Assembly: GCF_006345805.1 (NCBI RefSeq)
Contig: NC_043005.1
Span: forward strand, 75,826,001-75,890,000
From: Octopus sinensis
Lineage: Eukaryota
Direction of reading: 5' to 3'
Length of the DNA stretch: 64,000 bases
Translations under genes and position numbers: made by a program
Notes under the pieces: generated by a model
Database searches by the model: none
Seen by the model: only the letters and a program-made list of their open reading frames with translations
What the model was told of the DNA's origin: nothing
Part shown: in pieces, positions 51,901 through 62,994 of the stretch
How the letters are laid out: each line of letters opens with the position of its first letter
How positions within the stretch are numbered: the first letter of the stretch is position 1

Positions 51901-52529
51901 TCTATTTATGTGTCTAACCAAAACTGAAAACCTAATTCTGAATTATTGTACATTAAAAATAACAAGGAGGTGTAATTTTATTAATGACTAAATGAAAGAA
52001 ATCAATCTATACTACAGATGAGGGAAGCCATATATATGCAGAGGACATAGAATTGCTTTGTGTACCTAGAATTGCTCTTTATCTCATTAGCACCCATGGT
52101 CCTTTTTTCAGGACCAGAAGGATAATCCATCATATTTCTGCAGTGCCTGTATTTTTCTGAGATATCTTTAGTTAGTCATCAAGACTATAGTGTCTTTCAA
52201 ATATTGCAATAAAAATTCATTTATAATATTTAATATCAGAAAAAAAGATTTTTGGTAATAAATCAAATGAAAACAATTTGGGCACTAATGGGTTAATGTT
52301 GTTGACTAGTTTCTTACTACCAAACAAAGGAGAAATATTAATGAATATTTAGTAGAACTAAGACCTACATTATAGAAATGAGATTAATAATTAGACTGAC
52401 AGTTTGGTTTTGCATATATTGGTTGTTGGTCTAGAACATCTTGACCTGGCTAAAACTGTAGCCATTTTGTACAAAGAGCTGATGAAACCAACAGAGATCT
52501 AAATAATGGTAATGCTATACATGCTATGA

Positions 52530-53030
52530 AGAATGTCAGTTTCACAAACCTTTCAAAAACAAAGCCAGCAGAGAGCCACAAATATGTAAAGATTGTTTTA
52601 AATGTGGCAAATTGGGCTATCAAAAGCTTAAATAGAAAGCTCTATGAAGAGGGAAGCAGAAAAACAAAATCATTTAAAATAGACACATTGTTTGTGAATG
52701 TACTAGATAGTGGGGAGGCTCTGAAAGTCAATAGAAGTGATAAATATGACCTGTTAGTGTTAGACACAGGTGCATAATGCAATGTTAGTGTTAGACACAG
52801 GTGCATAATACAATGTTAGTGATCGTTACTAAGAACACTGCTGCTGAGAAGTTATCTGAATTTACTTTCCAAAGCAAAGAACTTATGTGCAGCAAACTGC
52901 TAGAATGAATTCACTAAATTATAAGTCATAAACCACTGTAAGTTTTAGTTTGTGAGATATAGTATTGCAGTGAATCTTGTGACAGACAATGAGCCATCAT
53001 TTAAAAGTTAGTTATTCAAAGAATTTTACA
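52530..53030 (+). pseudogene. highly decayed Ty3/Gypsy pol relic
   Basis: WAIKSLNRKLY (RNase H-like), FKIDT and LDTGA*CNV (protease-like), VTDNEPSFKS*LFKEF (integrase-like). Many stops. Confidence 0.4.
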
Positions 53031-53918
53031 ACACTCAACAACTTGCAGCCACATATGTCTATAACCTAATGATGTGTAAGAAAGAGTTACAGGAATTTTG
53101 AAATGACTTAGAAAAAGCAGATAGTCCATATTTTACAAAAGGAATACAGCTAGGCCAGTGCATGTACTTTTTCCTGTAGTTCAAATTGGATGAAGAACCA
53201 GAATCTTACTGTCTACTACTAATCTCCACTTGAAACTGAGTGTGTCTGAATGCCCAGAATCCTACATAATGGTAGACTGAGCAAATGCTAAAATGCAGAT
53301 CGGCAAAATATGTTTCCACCAAGACAAAAAAAAAATGATCATGATTGAGTACTTGCAAAAGGTAGTTATATCATGAGTGATGGTTATAGCAGCAAAACAG
53401 GACAAGCACACTCGCAAGCCATAAAATGCAGAAGAGCTTTACTCAATAGCCTGGATTTAGCAGATAGTAGTGTTGAGTAATCTCACAAAGTTCCTGATCT
53501 TCATGACACAAGTGAACTAATAAAAACAAATTCACTAAATAGTAAGACAGTCACAGCAGGAGAAGATCTAGTGACCTAATAAGCATTAACTAACTTGCTC
53601 TTGAAACAGTTACATCAAGAGAAACAAAAAGATACCAACATTAGACGCTTATTTAAAACCTTTTCATTGCTTACATTGTTATAATTGGAATCCGTAGAGT
53701 CCAGCTGTGTGGTTAAGAAGTTTGCACGTTAGGTCAGTATCTAAACTATGGCCTTAGTTTGAGAGAAGCATTGGGTTGAATTTGGTTACACATATACATA
53801 CCTGTGTGTATTTGTCTCTGCATGTATTTGAAATGACACACTATTTATGACAATATTTACCATTCCATATGAACAAAACATCTGGCAGGTCAGTGGTTCA
53901 TGCAAAACTGTGCAATGG

Positions 53919-53949
<31 letters not shown>

Positions 53950-53974
53950 ATGTGTGTATGTGTGTGTATACGTA

Positions 53975-54038
<64 letters not shown>

Positions 54039-54085
54039 GTTTAAATATTATTGGCTAAACTGGCAATATGACCATTCCGAAATAT

Positions 54086-54140
<55 letters not shown>

Positions 54141-54152
54141 TTGTATGTATGT

Positions 54153-54745
54153 ATATTGAAGAGATTGGCATGAGTTGCCTTGACTAGGTTTGCCTTCAGC
54201 ACATCCTTCACCAAGTTGAATGCTTTCCATCTTGCTCCAGTCACCGAACCCTTGAAATCCAGTTTGTCCAACATCATTTGTAGCTGATGGGTGCTTTCCA
54301 GCATTAGTGCTATGTCATCAGTGAATCTAAGATAGGTGAGCATCTCTCTGTTTATCCTTATGCCTTGCCTGCAATTCTATATGCATGTGAGACTTGGGCC
54401 TTGACAAAGAGAGAAGAACAACATCTGCTTACAGCACAGAGAGCCATGGAAAGGTTGAAGCAGGGAATCGTGCTTAAAGATCACATCTGGACTGAGGAGA
54501 TCAGGAATAGAACAGGAGTGAAGGACATCATCACAGAATACCACATCATTGCGATATGAATCAGTTATATTGCAAGGTTTACAGACAATTGGTGGACCTG
54601 TGCAGTTACTGAGTGGTACCTGAGTGAATGGAAGAGACCACTCAGAAGAGCTCCAATCAGGTGGGTAGATGATCTAAGAAAGATGTTTAGAACAATGTAG
54701 AGGAGCTGACTTGGCACCAGACAGCCTGGCTGATCCAGGTGATAT
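54153..54745 (+). mobile_element. RTE-clade fragment with an inverted 5' segment
   Basis: Minus strand 54364-54153: GIRINREMLTYLRFTDDIAL...WKAFN...ANLFN. Plus strand from 54365: LPAILYACETW...EEIRNRTGVKDI...RWVDDL. Confidence 0.8.
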
Positions 54746-54764
54746 ATGTATACCTTGGATCGTA

Positions 54765-55175
54765 GGGTGACCTGCTGTGCTTAAGGAGACCTATTGAGTC
54801 AAATACATCAGCATCAAAAAATCAAAAAATCAAATGGAAATTGTTGTTGTGATACCTGTGCCGGTGGCACATAAAAAGCACCATCTGTATGTGGGCGATG
54901 CCAGCGCCACCTTGACTGGCTTCCGTGCCAGTGACACGTAAAAAGCACCAACTGATCATGGCCGTTGCCAGCCTCCCCTGGCACCTGTGCCAGTGGCATG
55001 TAAAAAGCACCCTCTACACTCACGGAATGGTTGGCGTTAGGAAGGGCATCCAGCTGTAGAAACACTACCAGATCAGACTGTAGCCTGGTGCAGCCTCCTG
55101 GCTTCCGAGACCCCGGTCGAACCGTCCAACCCATGCTAGCATGGAAAGCGGACGTTAAACGATGATGATGATGAT
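54765..55175 (+). mobile_element. RTE 3'-UTR-derived repeat
   Basis: Modules plus tail ending in (GAT)n. Confidence 0.75.
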
Positions 55176-55799
55176 GATGTATGTATGTATGCATGTATGT
55201 ATGTATGTGTGTGTATGTATATATGTGTGTACGTATATCCAAATGTAGGTGTCTTTGTGTTTGTCTACCCATCATCCGATAACCAATGACAGCTTGTTTG
55301 TTTGCATAGTCTAGTGTTTTGGTTAAGAAGACCAAGAGAAGTTCCAAAATCAGAAAATACATACTGTGGCTGATTGCTTGACTGAACCCTTCAAGGCATT
55401 GCCCCAAGATAACCACAGTTCTAAGACTGAAACAAGTAGAAGATAAAGCATAAAAGAGAAAATGTAGGAAAATCTGCAGCCTTTTACCATCCATTATATG
55501 TACAATGAATTTTAACTCCTGATTTTAGTGAACAGCAAAGAATGTATTATACATGGAGTTTTATGGCATTTTAAATTGCAAATATTTAAATTAAAAGTGT
55601 CCATCATAATTTTATGTAAAAACGAGTTTTTGAAGTTGTGTTCTAAATTTTAATAATAACAACATTATTTCTTTCAAACGACTAAACTATTTTGAAATGG
55701 TTGCTTCAATAGATGACAAATTATTGATTCATATTCTCTTGCTGATAATGCTTCAATTCTTAATCAAGATTTTTAACCCTTATAACTGAATTCACAGGT

Positions 55800-55948
55800 G
55801 CAGGTATGACTGTGACCAACCACATAGTTCTGGGTTCAGTCCCACTACATGGTACCTTGGGCAAGTGTCTGCTACTATCGCCTCGGGCCGACCAAAGCCT
55901 TGTGAGTGGATTTGGTAGACAGAAACTGAAAGAAGCCCATCGTATATA

Positions 55949-55981
<33 letters not shown>

Positions 55982-56455
55982 GTATATAGGGGGAGAATTC
56001 ATGAAAAAAACAAAAGATGAAGACAGGTGGTGTAGAAAACAAACAGATGTATTAGTATAGCGCTCGGGAATTGAAAAAGTCTTTAACATTTCAAGCCTAT
56101 GCTCTTCCACAGAAAGGAACACAGAAAGAAACAAGGAGAGAAAAAAATGTGTGTAGTGGCAACCGATCTATCATGGTGACTGGTGTCCGTATATATATAT
56201 ATGTATGTAAGACCATATATATATATGTTTGTATGTGTGTGTGTGTGTATATGTTTGTGTGTCTGTGTTTGTCCCCCCCAACATCGCTTGACAATCGATG
56301 GTGGTGTGTTTATGACACCATAACTTAGCAATTTGGCAAAAGAGACCAATAGAGTAAGTAATAGGCTTACAAAGAATAAGTCCTGGGGTCAATTTGCTTG
56401 ACTAAAGGTGGTGCTCCAGCATGGCCGCAGTCAAATGACTGAAACAAGTAAGAAA
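55800..56455 (+). mobile_element. S1 SINE interrupted by an about 200-bp hammerhead-bearing repeat (55990-56190)
   Basis: S1 head at 55800-55945, S1 tail at 56260-56455. The insert matches the right arm of the 44017-44399 palindrome. Confidence 0.7.
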
Positions 56456-56576
56456 GTAACTATGTAATTTCAAGTTCAGTCACTCTATGTGGCACCATGG
56501 GCAAGTGTCTTCTGCTGTAGCTTCAGGCCGGCCAATTCTTGTGAGTGATTTTGGTAGACTGAATCTGTGAGGAAGT

Positions 56577-56671
<95 letters not shown>

Positions 56672-56892
56672 CACACCGTGATCACTGTGACCGACCAGGC
56701 TATCAGATGTTGCTACACATCGCTGGTCACAATGCGCTTTGCATTGTTTTTAGCCTTCAAAAAGACGCCACCACCACACCCGCCAGCTAAGCGAGCAGGC
56801 CATATATATATACATATATATATATATATTGATAAAACGGTAAGATAACAAAAGAAAGAAAGAGACCTCATATTATGTAAATAGAGGAAATT

Positions 56893-56963
56893 TATCTATA
56901 CAATATGTTACATTACTCGGTAGTTATCTTGACTACCGAGTAATGTAACATATTGTATAGATA
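56893..56963. repeat. perfect 32-bp inverted repeat with a 7-nt loop
   Basis: tatctatacaatatgttacattactcggtagt - tatcttg - actaccgagtaatgtaacatattgtatagata. Confidence 0.97.
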
Positions 56964-57002
56964 TATATATTATATATAAATATATGTATACATATATGTA
57001 TG

Positions 57003-57088
<86 letters not shown>

Positions 57089-57191
57089 ATATATATATAT
57101 ATTATTATTGATAATAAAATATTAGGGAATAAATCCAAACTTACAGGGAAAAATCAGATTTAGGATTGAATCCAATTTTATAGTAAATATT

Positions 57192-57462
57192 TATATTATA
57201 TTAAATTAGAGATAAAACCACCATTAGGCAAATCAAACAATGAAAAACTTAAGCCAATACATAAAATTAATTATTTATATTATTTTAAATATATATCAAA
57301 TTATTAAAAGTTTAATAAAAGATAATCATTATCTTTTATTAAACTTTTAATAATTTTGATATATTTAAAATAATATAAATTAATTATTTTTATGTATTGG
57401 CTTAAGTTTTTCATGTTTTTATTTGCCTAATGGTGTTTTTATCTCTAATTTAATATAATATA
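57192..57462. repeat. about 270-bp AT-rich palindrome with a 1-nt spacer
   Basis: Centre gataat-c-attatc at 57327. Arms of about 135 bp with few differences. Confidence 0.95.
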
Positions 57463-57954
57463 TATATATATATATATACATATATATATGAATGTGGTAT
57501 GTGTGTGTGTGTATCTTAGTGTTTGTTCCTCCACCATTGTTTGATTGAGAACTGATATTGATTTTTTTCTGTCCTCTTAACTGACTGGTTCTGCAAAAGA
57601 GACTGATAGAATAGGTACCAGGCTTAACAAATAATTCCTGGGATCAACTTGCTAAAGCCTTCAAAGTAGTGCCCCAGCATGACCGCAGTCCAATGACCGA
57701 AAGAAGCAAAACATAAATGACAAAAGACAACCAGCAACTTTGTGATAAATGTAATGAGCGCATCAGGTCACAAATCATCACAGCTAAATACTTCTGCATC
57801 ATTTGTCCAGCATTTTAGCAAATTTGTCCTTTTAGAGAGATTTTGGGAGAAAAAAAATATGGTTATGATTTACTAGAAGCTATATTTTTCACATTTTTAG
57901 ATCTAGTAAACTTCATTGCAAGACTAAAGAGGGTTACATGTACAAGATTTGTTA

Positions 57955-58185
57955 AAGGTAGTGAGCTGGCAGAACCGTTAGCACACCGGGTGAAATGCTT
58001 TGAGGTATTTCGTCTGCTGTTATGTTCTGAGTTCAAATTCCGCCGAGGTCGACTTTGCCTTTCATCCTTTCGAGGGTCGATAAATTAAGTACCAGTTACA
58101 CACTGGAGTCGATGTAATCGACTTAATCCATTTGTCTGTCCTTATTTGTCCCCTCTATGTTTAGCCCCTTGTGGGTAATAAAGAA
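57955..58185 (+). mobile_element. S2 SINE with 19-bp TSD
   Basis: acatgtacaagat(t/g)tgtta at 57936-57954 and 58186-58204. Confidence 0.85.
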
Positions 58186-58486
58186 ACATGTACAAGATGT
58201 GTTATTTTCTGAATTTAATTCTGAAAAAAATTTCACCAGATCTTTGACTAAGACCACTATATATGACTTCTTGTTTGTTTCAAATTTTGGCATAAAACCA
58301 GAAATTTTGGAAAGGAAAGTGTAAGCTGATTACATTGACCACAGTGCTCAACTGGTATCCATTTTATCAGCCCTGAAAGGAATGTGAACTCAAAATGTAA
58401 AAATGGACAAAATGCCGTTAAGCATTTTGCCCAGCATGCTAAGAATTCTGTCATCATGCCACCTTCATACACTATTTCATATTAGT

Positions 58487-58869
58487 GGTGGAAGCACTCC
58501 GTCGGTCACGACGATGAGGGTTCCGGTTGATCCGATCAACGGCACAGCCTGCTCGTGAAATTAACGTGTAAGTGGCTGAGCACTCCACAGACACGTGTAC
58601 CCTTAACGCAGTTCTTGGAGATATTCAGCATGACACAGAGAGTGACAAGGCCGGCCCTTTGAAATACAGGTACAACAGAAACAGGAAGTAAGAGTAAGAG
58701 AAAGTTGTGGTGAAAGAGTACAGCAGGGATCACCACCATCCCTGCCGGAGCCTCGTGGAGCTTTAGGTGTTTTCGCTCAATAAACACTCACAACGCCCGG
58801 TCTGGGAATCGAAACCGCAATCCTACGACCGCGAGTCCGCTGCCCTAACCACTGGGCCATTGTGCCTCC
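58487..58869 (-). mobile_element. young tRNA-derived S3 SINE with 13-bp TSD
   Basis: A-box tggcccagtgg, B-box ggtttcgattcc, CpG-rich. atttcatattagt at 58474-58486 and 58870-58882. Confidence 0.88.
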
Positions 58870-59105
58870 ATTTCATATTAGTAAAACCATTAAGAAGAGA
58901 AGGAAATGAAATTGTTTGAAGATATTTTTCATCATTCATAAGATCATGTAAATAGAGTAACTTAAGTAAATTGATTGCTACTGAGAATCAAAACCTCCCC
59001 ATGAAACCTATTTAGTGCAGAGGACTAATAATATTCATGTATTAAAATTTCTGGTGTTGCTACATTATGGTCTCAGGTCTGGCAATGGTGGTAAGACTAG
59101 GTTTC

Positions 59106-59334
59106 TTATTTCTTTATTGCCCACAAGGGGCTAAACATAGAGGGGACAAACAAGAACAAAGGGATTAAGTTGATTACATTGACCCCAGTGTGTAACTGGT
59201 ACTTAATTTATCGACCCCGAAAGGATGAAAAGCATAGTCGACCTTGGCAGAATTTGAACTCAGAATGTAAAGACCGACGAAATACCGCTAAGTATTTTGC
59301 CCGGCGTATTAATGTTTCTGCCAGCTCGCTCGCC
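59106..59334 (-). mobile_element. S2 SINE with 17-bp TSD
   Basis: tggtaagactaggtttc at 59089-59105 and 59335-59351. Confidence 0.88.
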
Positions 59335-60464
59335 TGGTAAGACTAGGTTTCAATGAAGTAAGTGGGGTAGGGGTGGAGGTCTTATAAGGATGAAGCATGA
59401 CTGAAGACATCATTATATTATCAAAGATCAGACTCACACCTAAGTATTCATTAAGTTCATGTTTTTTTTTACCTTCTTTTATTATAATTAATGAAAATTT
59501 CTAGGATCGCAGTATTAAGTTTGTTAGTACTGACTTTACTATTTGCTTTTTATGCAGACAGTGTCCCCAGGTATTTTCTTCCTCAGTCATTGTTTCAAGT
59601 TATCATATCTCTCAGTGTTCATTCACCAACGCATTATATATATTTCCAGTCATCTTAGGTCTGGCAACGGTGATAAAACTAAGCTTCAGTGGGCTGGCTG
59701 TGACATATCTGGAGATGTCACATTATGGACAAAGAACAGACTCTTTTCTTAACGATTCATTAAGCTCACGATTTTTCTTTTTCTTCTCTACGGGTATAAT
59801 TATTAATTAATTAAAAATTACTCTGCTAACTACTGTAAGTACATTAGCACTGACTTTACTAGACACTTATGGCTGAGACTGTTCAATAATCAATATCAAT
59901 ATGTAGATGTTAGTCTCCTATTGTCTAGCTTGTAACATACCTGAATCAGGTAATACAATCAATCGAAAATCTATGAAGAGTGTGTCTCACATACTTTTAT
60001 TATGCTGATTAAAGAAGAAAAGACAATGGCACTAATGGTTGCAGGAGATAAAGCAGAGCTGAGAATAAAAGGAAAATGCCTTTTTCTTCTTTTTTTTTCA
60101 CCCCTTGATAATAATTGATCTAATTGACTGTATTATTGGTACTTATAGTATTGATTCTTACAAGGTGGAGTAGATCCAGTAGGAATTTGAAATTAGAACT
60201 ATAAAGTATTGGATTGTCTAATATAAAACTTTTTACATCATTTCAGGTTTAAAATATTTGAGTTTGTGATTGGCCTAAAGTTCCAGATATTTAGCATAAA
60301 GATTTTAAATTGGTTCTTTTGTGAATAGCATTTTGTATTGTCTATCGAAAAAGTATTTCATTTTCCTTTTCCTTGTGAATGACATACTTTCTTTGAATAA
60401 AACTGAGGGTTTTAGTTGTTAATTAAGCCAAGGTTACCTTGACAACATGTCTGTGTTTTTGTGT

Positions 60465-60850
60465 AGTTATCATGTGGTCTTCAGTTCAGTCCCATTGCAT
60501 GGAACTTTGGGCCAGTGCTTTTTACTATAGCTCCATGCTGACCAAAGCCTTATGAGTGGATCTGGTAGATGGAAACTGAAGGAAGCCAGTTGTGTGTGTG
60601 TGTGTGTGTGTGTGTATCTATATGTGTATGTGTGTGTTGTGTGTGTTGTGTGTGTCTTTGTGCTTCTGTTATTCCCCCATCGCTGCTTGATAATCAGCAC
60701 TGGTTTGTTTAAATCCCTGTGACTTGGCAGTTTGGCAAAACTGACTGATAAAATAAGCTTAAAAATAATTATTAGAGTTGATTTGCTTGACTAAACCTGT
60801 CAAGATGATGGCCCAGCATGGTTGCAGTCAATGATTGAAGTAATTAAAAA
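60465..60850 (+). mobile_element. SINE family S1
   Basis: Head, (GT)n and tail. Confidence 0.7.
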
Positions 60851-60919
60851 AAAGGACAAGAGATATTGGTTAGTCTCCATTACTCCATAAGTATCAAAGG
60901 GCCAGCTTCTTGGTTTCTC

Positions 60920-61110
60920 TGGCATATATATTGCTCCCTGGATGGGATGCTGGTTTGGTGCAAGATTAATCTTTTTTACCAGCTGAGTAGGATGAAGCAA
61001 TATGAAATGAAGTGTTTTGCTCAAGAACACAACACATCACCTGATCCAGGAATTGAAACCACAGTCTTACAATCATGAGCCCAACACCTTAACCACTAAG
61101 CTATGCACCT
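60920..61110 (-). mobile_element. tRNA-derived SINE (S3-related)
   Basis: Reverse complement similar to 21007-21230. Confidence 0.7.
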
Positions 61111-61353
61111 ATGTAGAAAGTATTATATTTTTGTGTAGGTACCTTTGTAAATGCTAAATATTACTATGTGGAAAATGATATTTTTTGTGTAGATATCTAT
61201 GTAAATATCATGTATTACTGTGTATCAAAATCATATATTTTTGTACAGATATCTTTGTAAACAGAACATACTGCTATGCAGACAATGTAGCAATCACAAT
61301 TTTAAATTTGGTTAAATACATACTAAACTGTCTTCTTGTGAAAAATATTCCAG

Positions 61354-61489
61354 CTTCATGTGATATTGTGCTGATCAATACTGGGATAACTGACCCTCTG
61401 GTAATGAAGAAGAACTCCTCATCAGTTATTCAAGATATATCTACAGATGTAGAGGTTTCTCCTCAACAGGAACTTGTATTACTTAAAAG
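61354..61489 (+). CDS. RGS9BP: RGS9-binding protein (R9AP)-like, coding exon C
   Basis: Acceptor ttccag|, donor ag|gtaagc. Phase 1 in, completing TCT with exon B. Encodes SCDIVLINTGITDPLVMKKNSSSVIQDISTDVEVSPQQELVLLK, comparable to the R9AP PLVRTG...DLRELER segment. Confidence 0.78.
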
Positions 61490-61910
61490 GTAAGCTGGCT
61501 GGGGTAGAGTAAATATCCAATTGTATATATTTTTATGTATTTGAAATAAAAGTTTATAATATCTGAATATATATCTGAATATAGATTGCAAATTATATCT
61601 AAAAATGAAGACCACCTGAATAGCCCCGGGCTAAACAGAAATGGCGGTAACCTTAAAAAAGATTTTTTTTCTTTTCCTCTTATTATGTTATTATGAAGAA
61701 AACTCTTTTACTGAATGGTTAAAATACGAAGACATTGATTTTCTTTCTTTTTTTTCTGTTAATAACCAGGTATGAGCAATTTTTTTATTGAGCTGAGATA
61801 TAAATAATGGTTTTAAGTTTTGGTAGAAGGCCAGCAATTTTAGCAGAGGAGTTAGTCAATTATATTGACACCAGTGTTCAACTGGTACTTATAATATTGA
61901 TTCTGAGAGA

Positions 61911-62159
61911 TAATATTTATTCCCACTTTAACACGGATGTTCTGTTAGAACAATATATACTGTGGTATTTATCATGAGAGAAACTCTTGTATAGGCTTTT
62001 GGTGCAGAACACACGCTTATATGTTTATATCACCTGTGGTGAGATATAAATTTATCTCCTCACAGATGATATAAACAAACAAGCATGCAGTCTGCACCAA
62101 AAGCCTATGTGAGAGTTTCTTTCATGGTAAGTACCACAGTCAAATGGGAATAAATATTA
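61911..62159. mobile_element. fold-back (palindromic) MITE-like insertion inside an S2 SINE
   Basis: Termini taatatttattccca / tgggaataaatatta, long paired arms, centre gagatataaatttatctc (62041-62058). Confidence 0.75.
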
Positions 62160-62467
62160 CCTCTTGGTAACTGCCTCTGTTGCTAATATATATCATTGAT
62201 TCTGAAAAGGCAAAAAGCAGATTTGATCTCAATGAGATTTGAACTCAGAACATAAAGAGCTGGAAGAAATGCCACCAAGCATTTTCCCTGATGTGCTAAT
62301 GATTCTGCCAGCTTGACATCTTTCGCCTTCTCTTATCTTTCGGAAACATTGAAATGCAAAGTAAACAGCTGTGGAATTTAAACTTTGAACTGCATTGAGA
62401 TTCAATCCTGAAAGACATTTAGTCTGTTGCTCTAACATTTTTATAATTTTCCACCATATGAAAAGAT

Positions 62468-62826
62468 CCTTCCTTCCTTCCTTCCTTCCTTCTTTCCTTC
62501 CTTCCTTCCTTCCTTCCTTCCTTCCTTCTTTCCTTCCTTCCTTCCTTCTTCCTTCCTTCCTTCCTTCCTTCCTTCCTTCCTTCCTTCCTTCCTTCCTTCC
62601 TCCTTCCTTCCTTCCTTCCTTCCTTCCTTCCTTCCTTCCTTCCATCCTTCCATCCTTCCTTCCTCCTTCCTCCTTCCTTCCTTCCTTCCTTCCTTCCTTC
62701 CTTCCTTCCTTCCTTCCTTCCTTCCTTCTTCCTTCTTTCCTTCCTTCCTTCCTTCCATCCTTCCTTCCTTCCTTCCTTCCTTCCTTCCTTCCTTCCTTCC
62801 TTCCTTCCTCCTTCCTTCCATCCATC
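62468..62826. repeat. (CCTT)n microsatellite
   Basis: Directly visible. It explains the KEGR and LPSF ORFs. Confidence 0.95.
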
Positions 62827-62994
62827 CATTGTTACTTCTCACTATTCCTGAAAGGGTCATGCTGGGTAGAATCCTCAGGCACCTTATCCATCGGGTCTTA
62901 TCATAAATAACCTTATTACACATACTGCTTGATTCTGATGGAGTGCCAGTTATATAGACCACTGACAGGCATGTTCCTGCAGCTTTTGTTATCA

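Noticed and set aside
58790-58869. tRNA gene
   Set aside because: It has A and B boxes but continues into a SINE body bounded by a TSD and shows no closing acceptor stem. The same holds for 11371, 21007 and 61110.
61185-61353. 5' extension of the 102-aa ORF as coding sequence
   Set aside because: Only the acceptor at 61353 gives the phase required by exon B. The upstream part is AT-rich intron that happens to be open.
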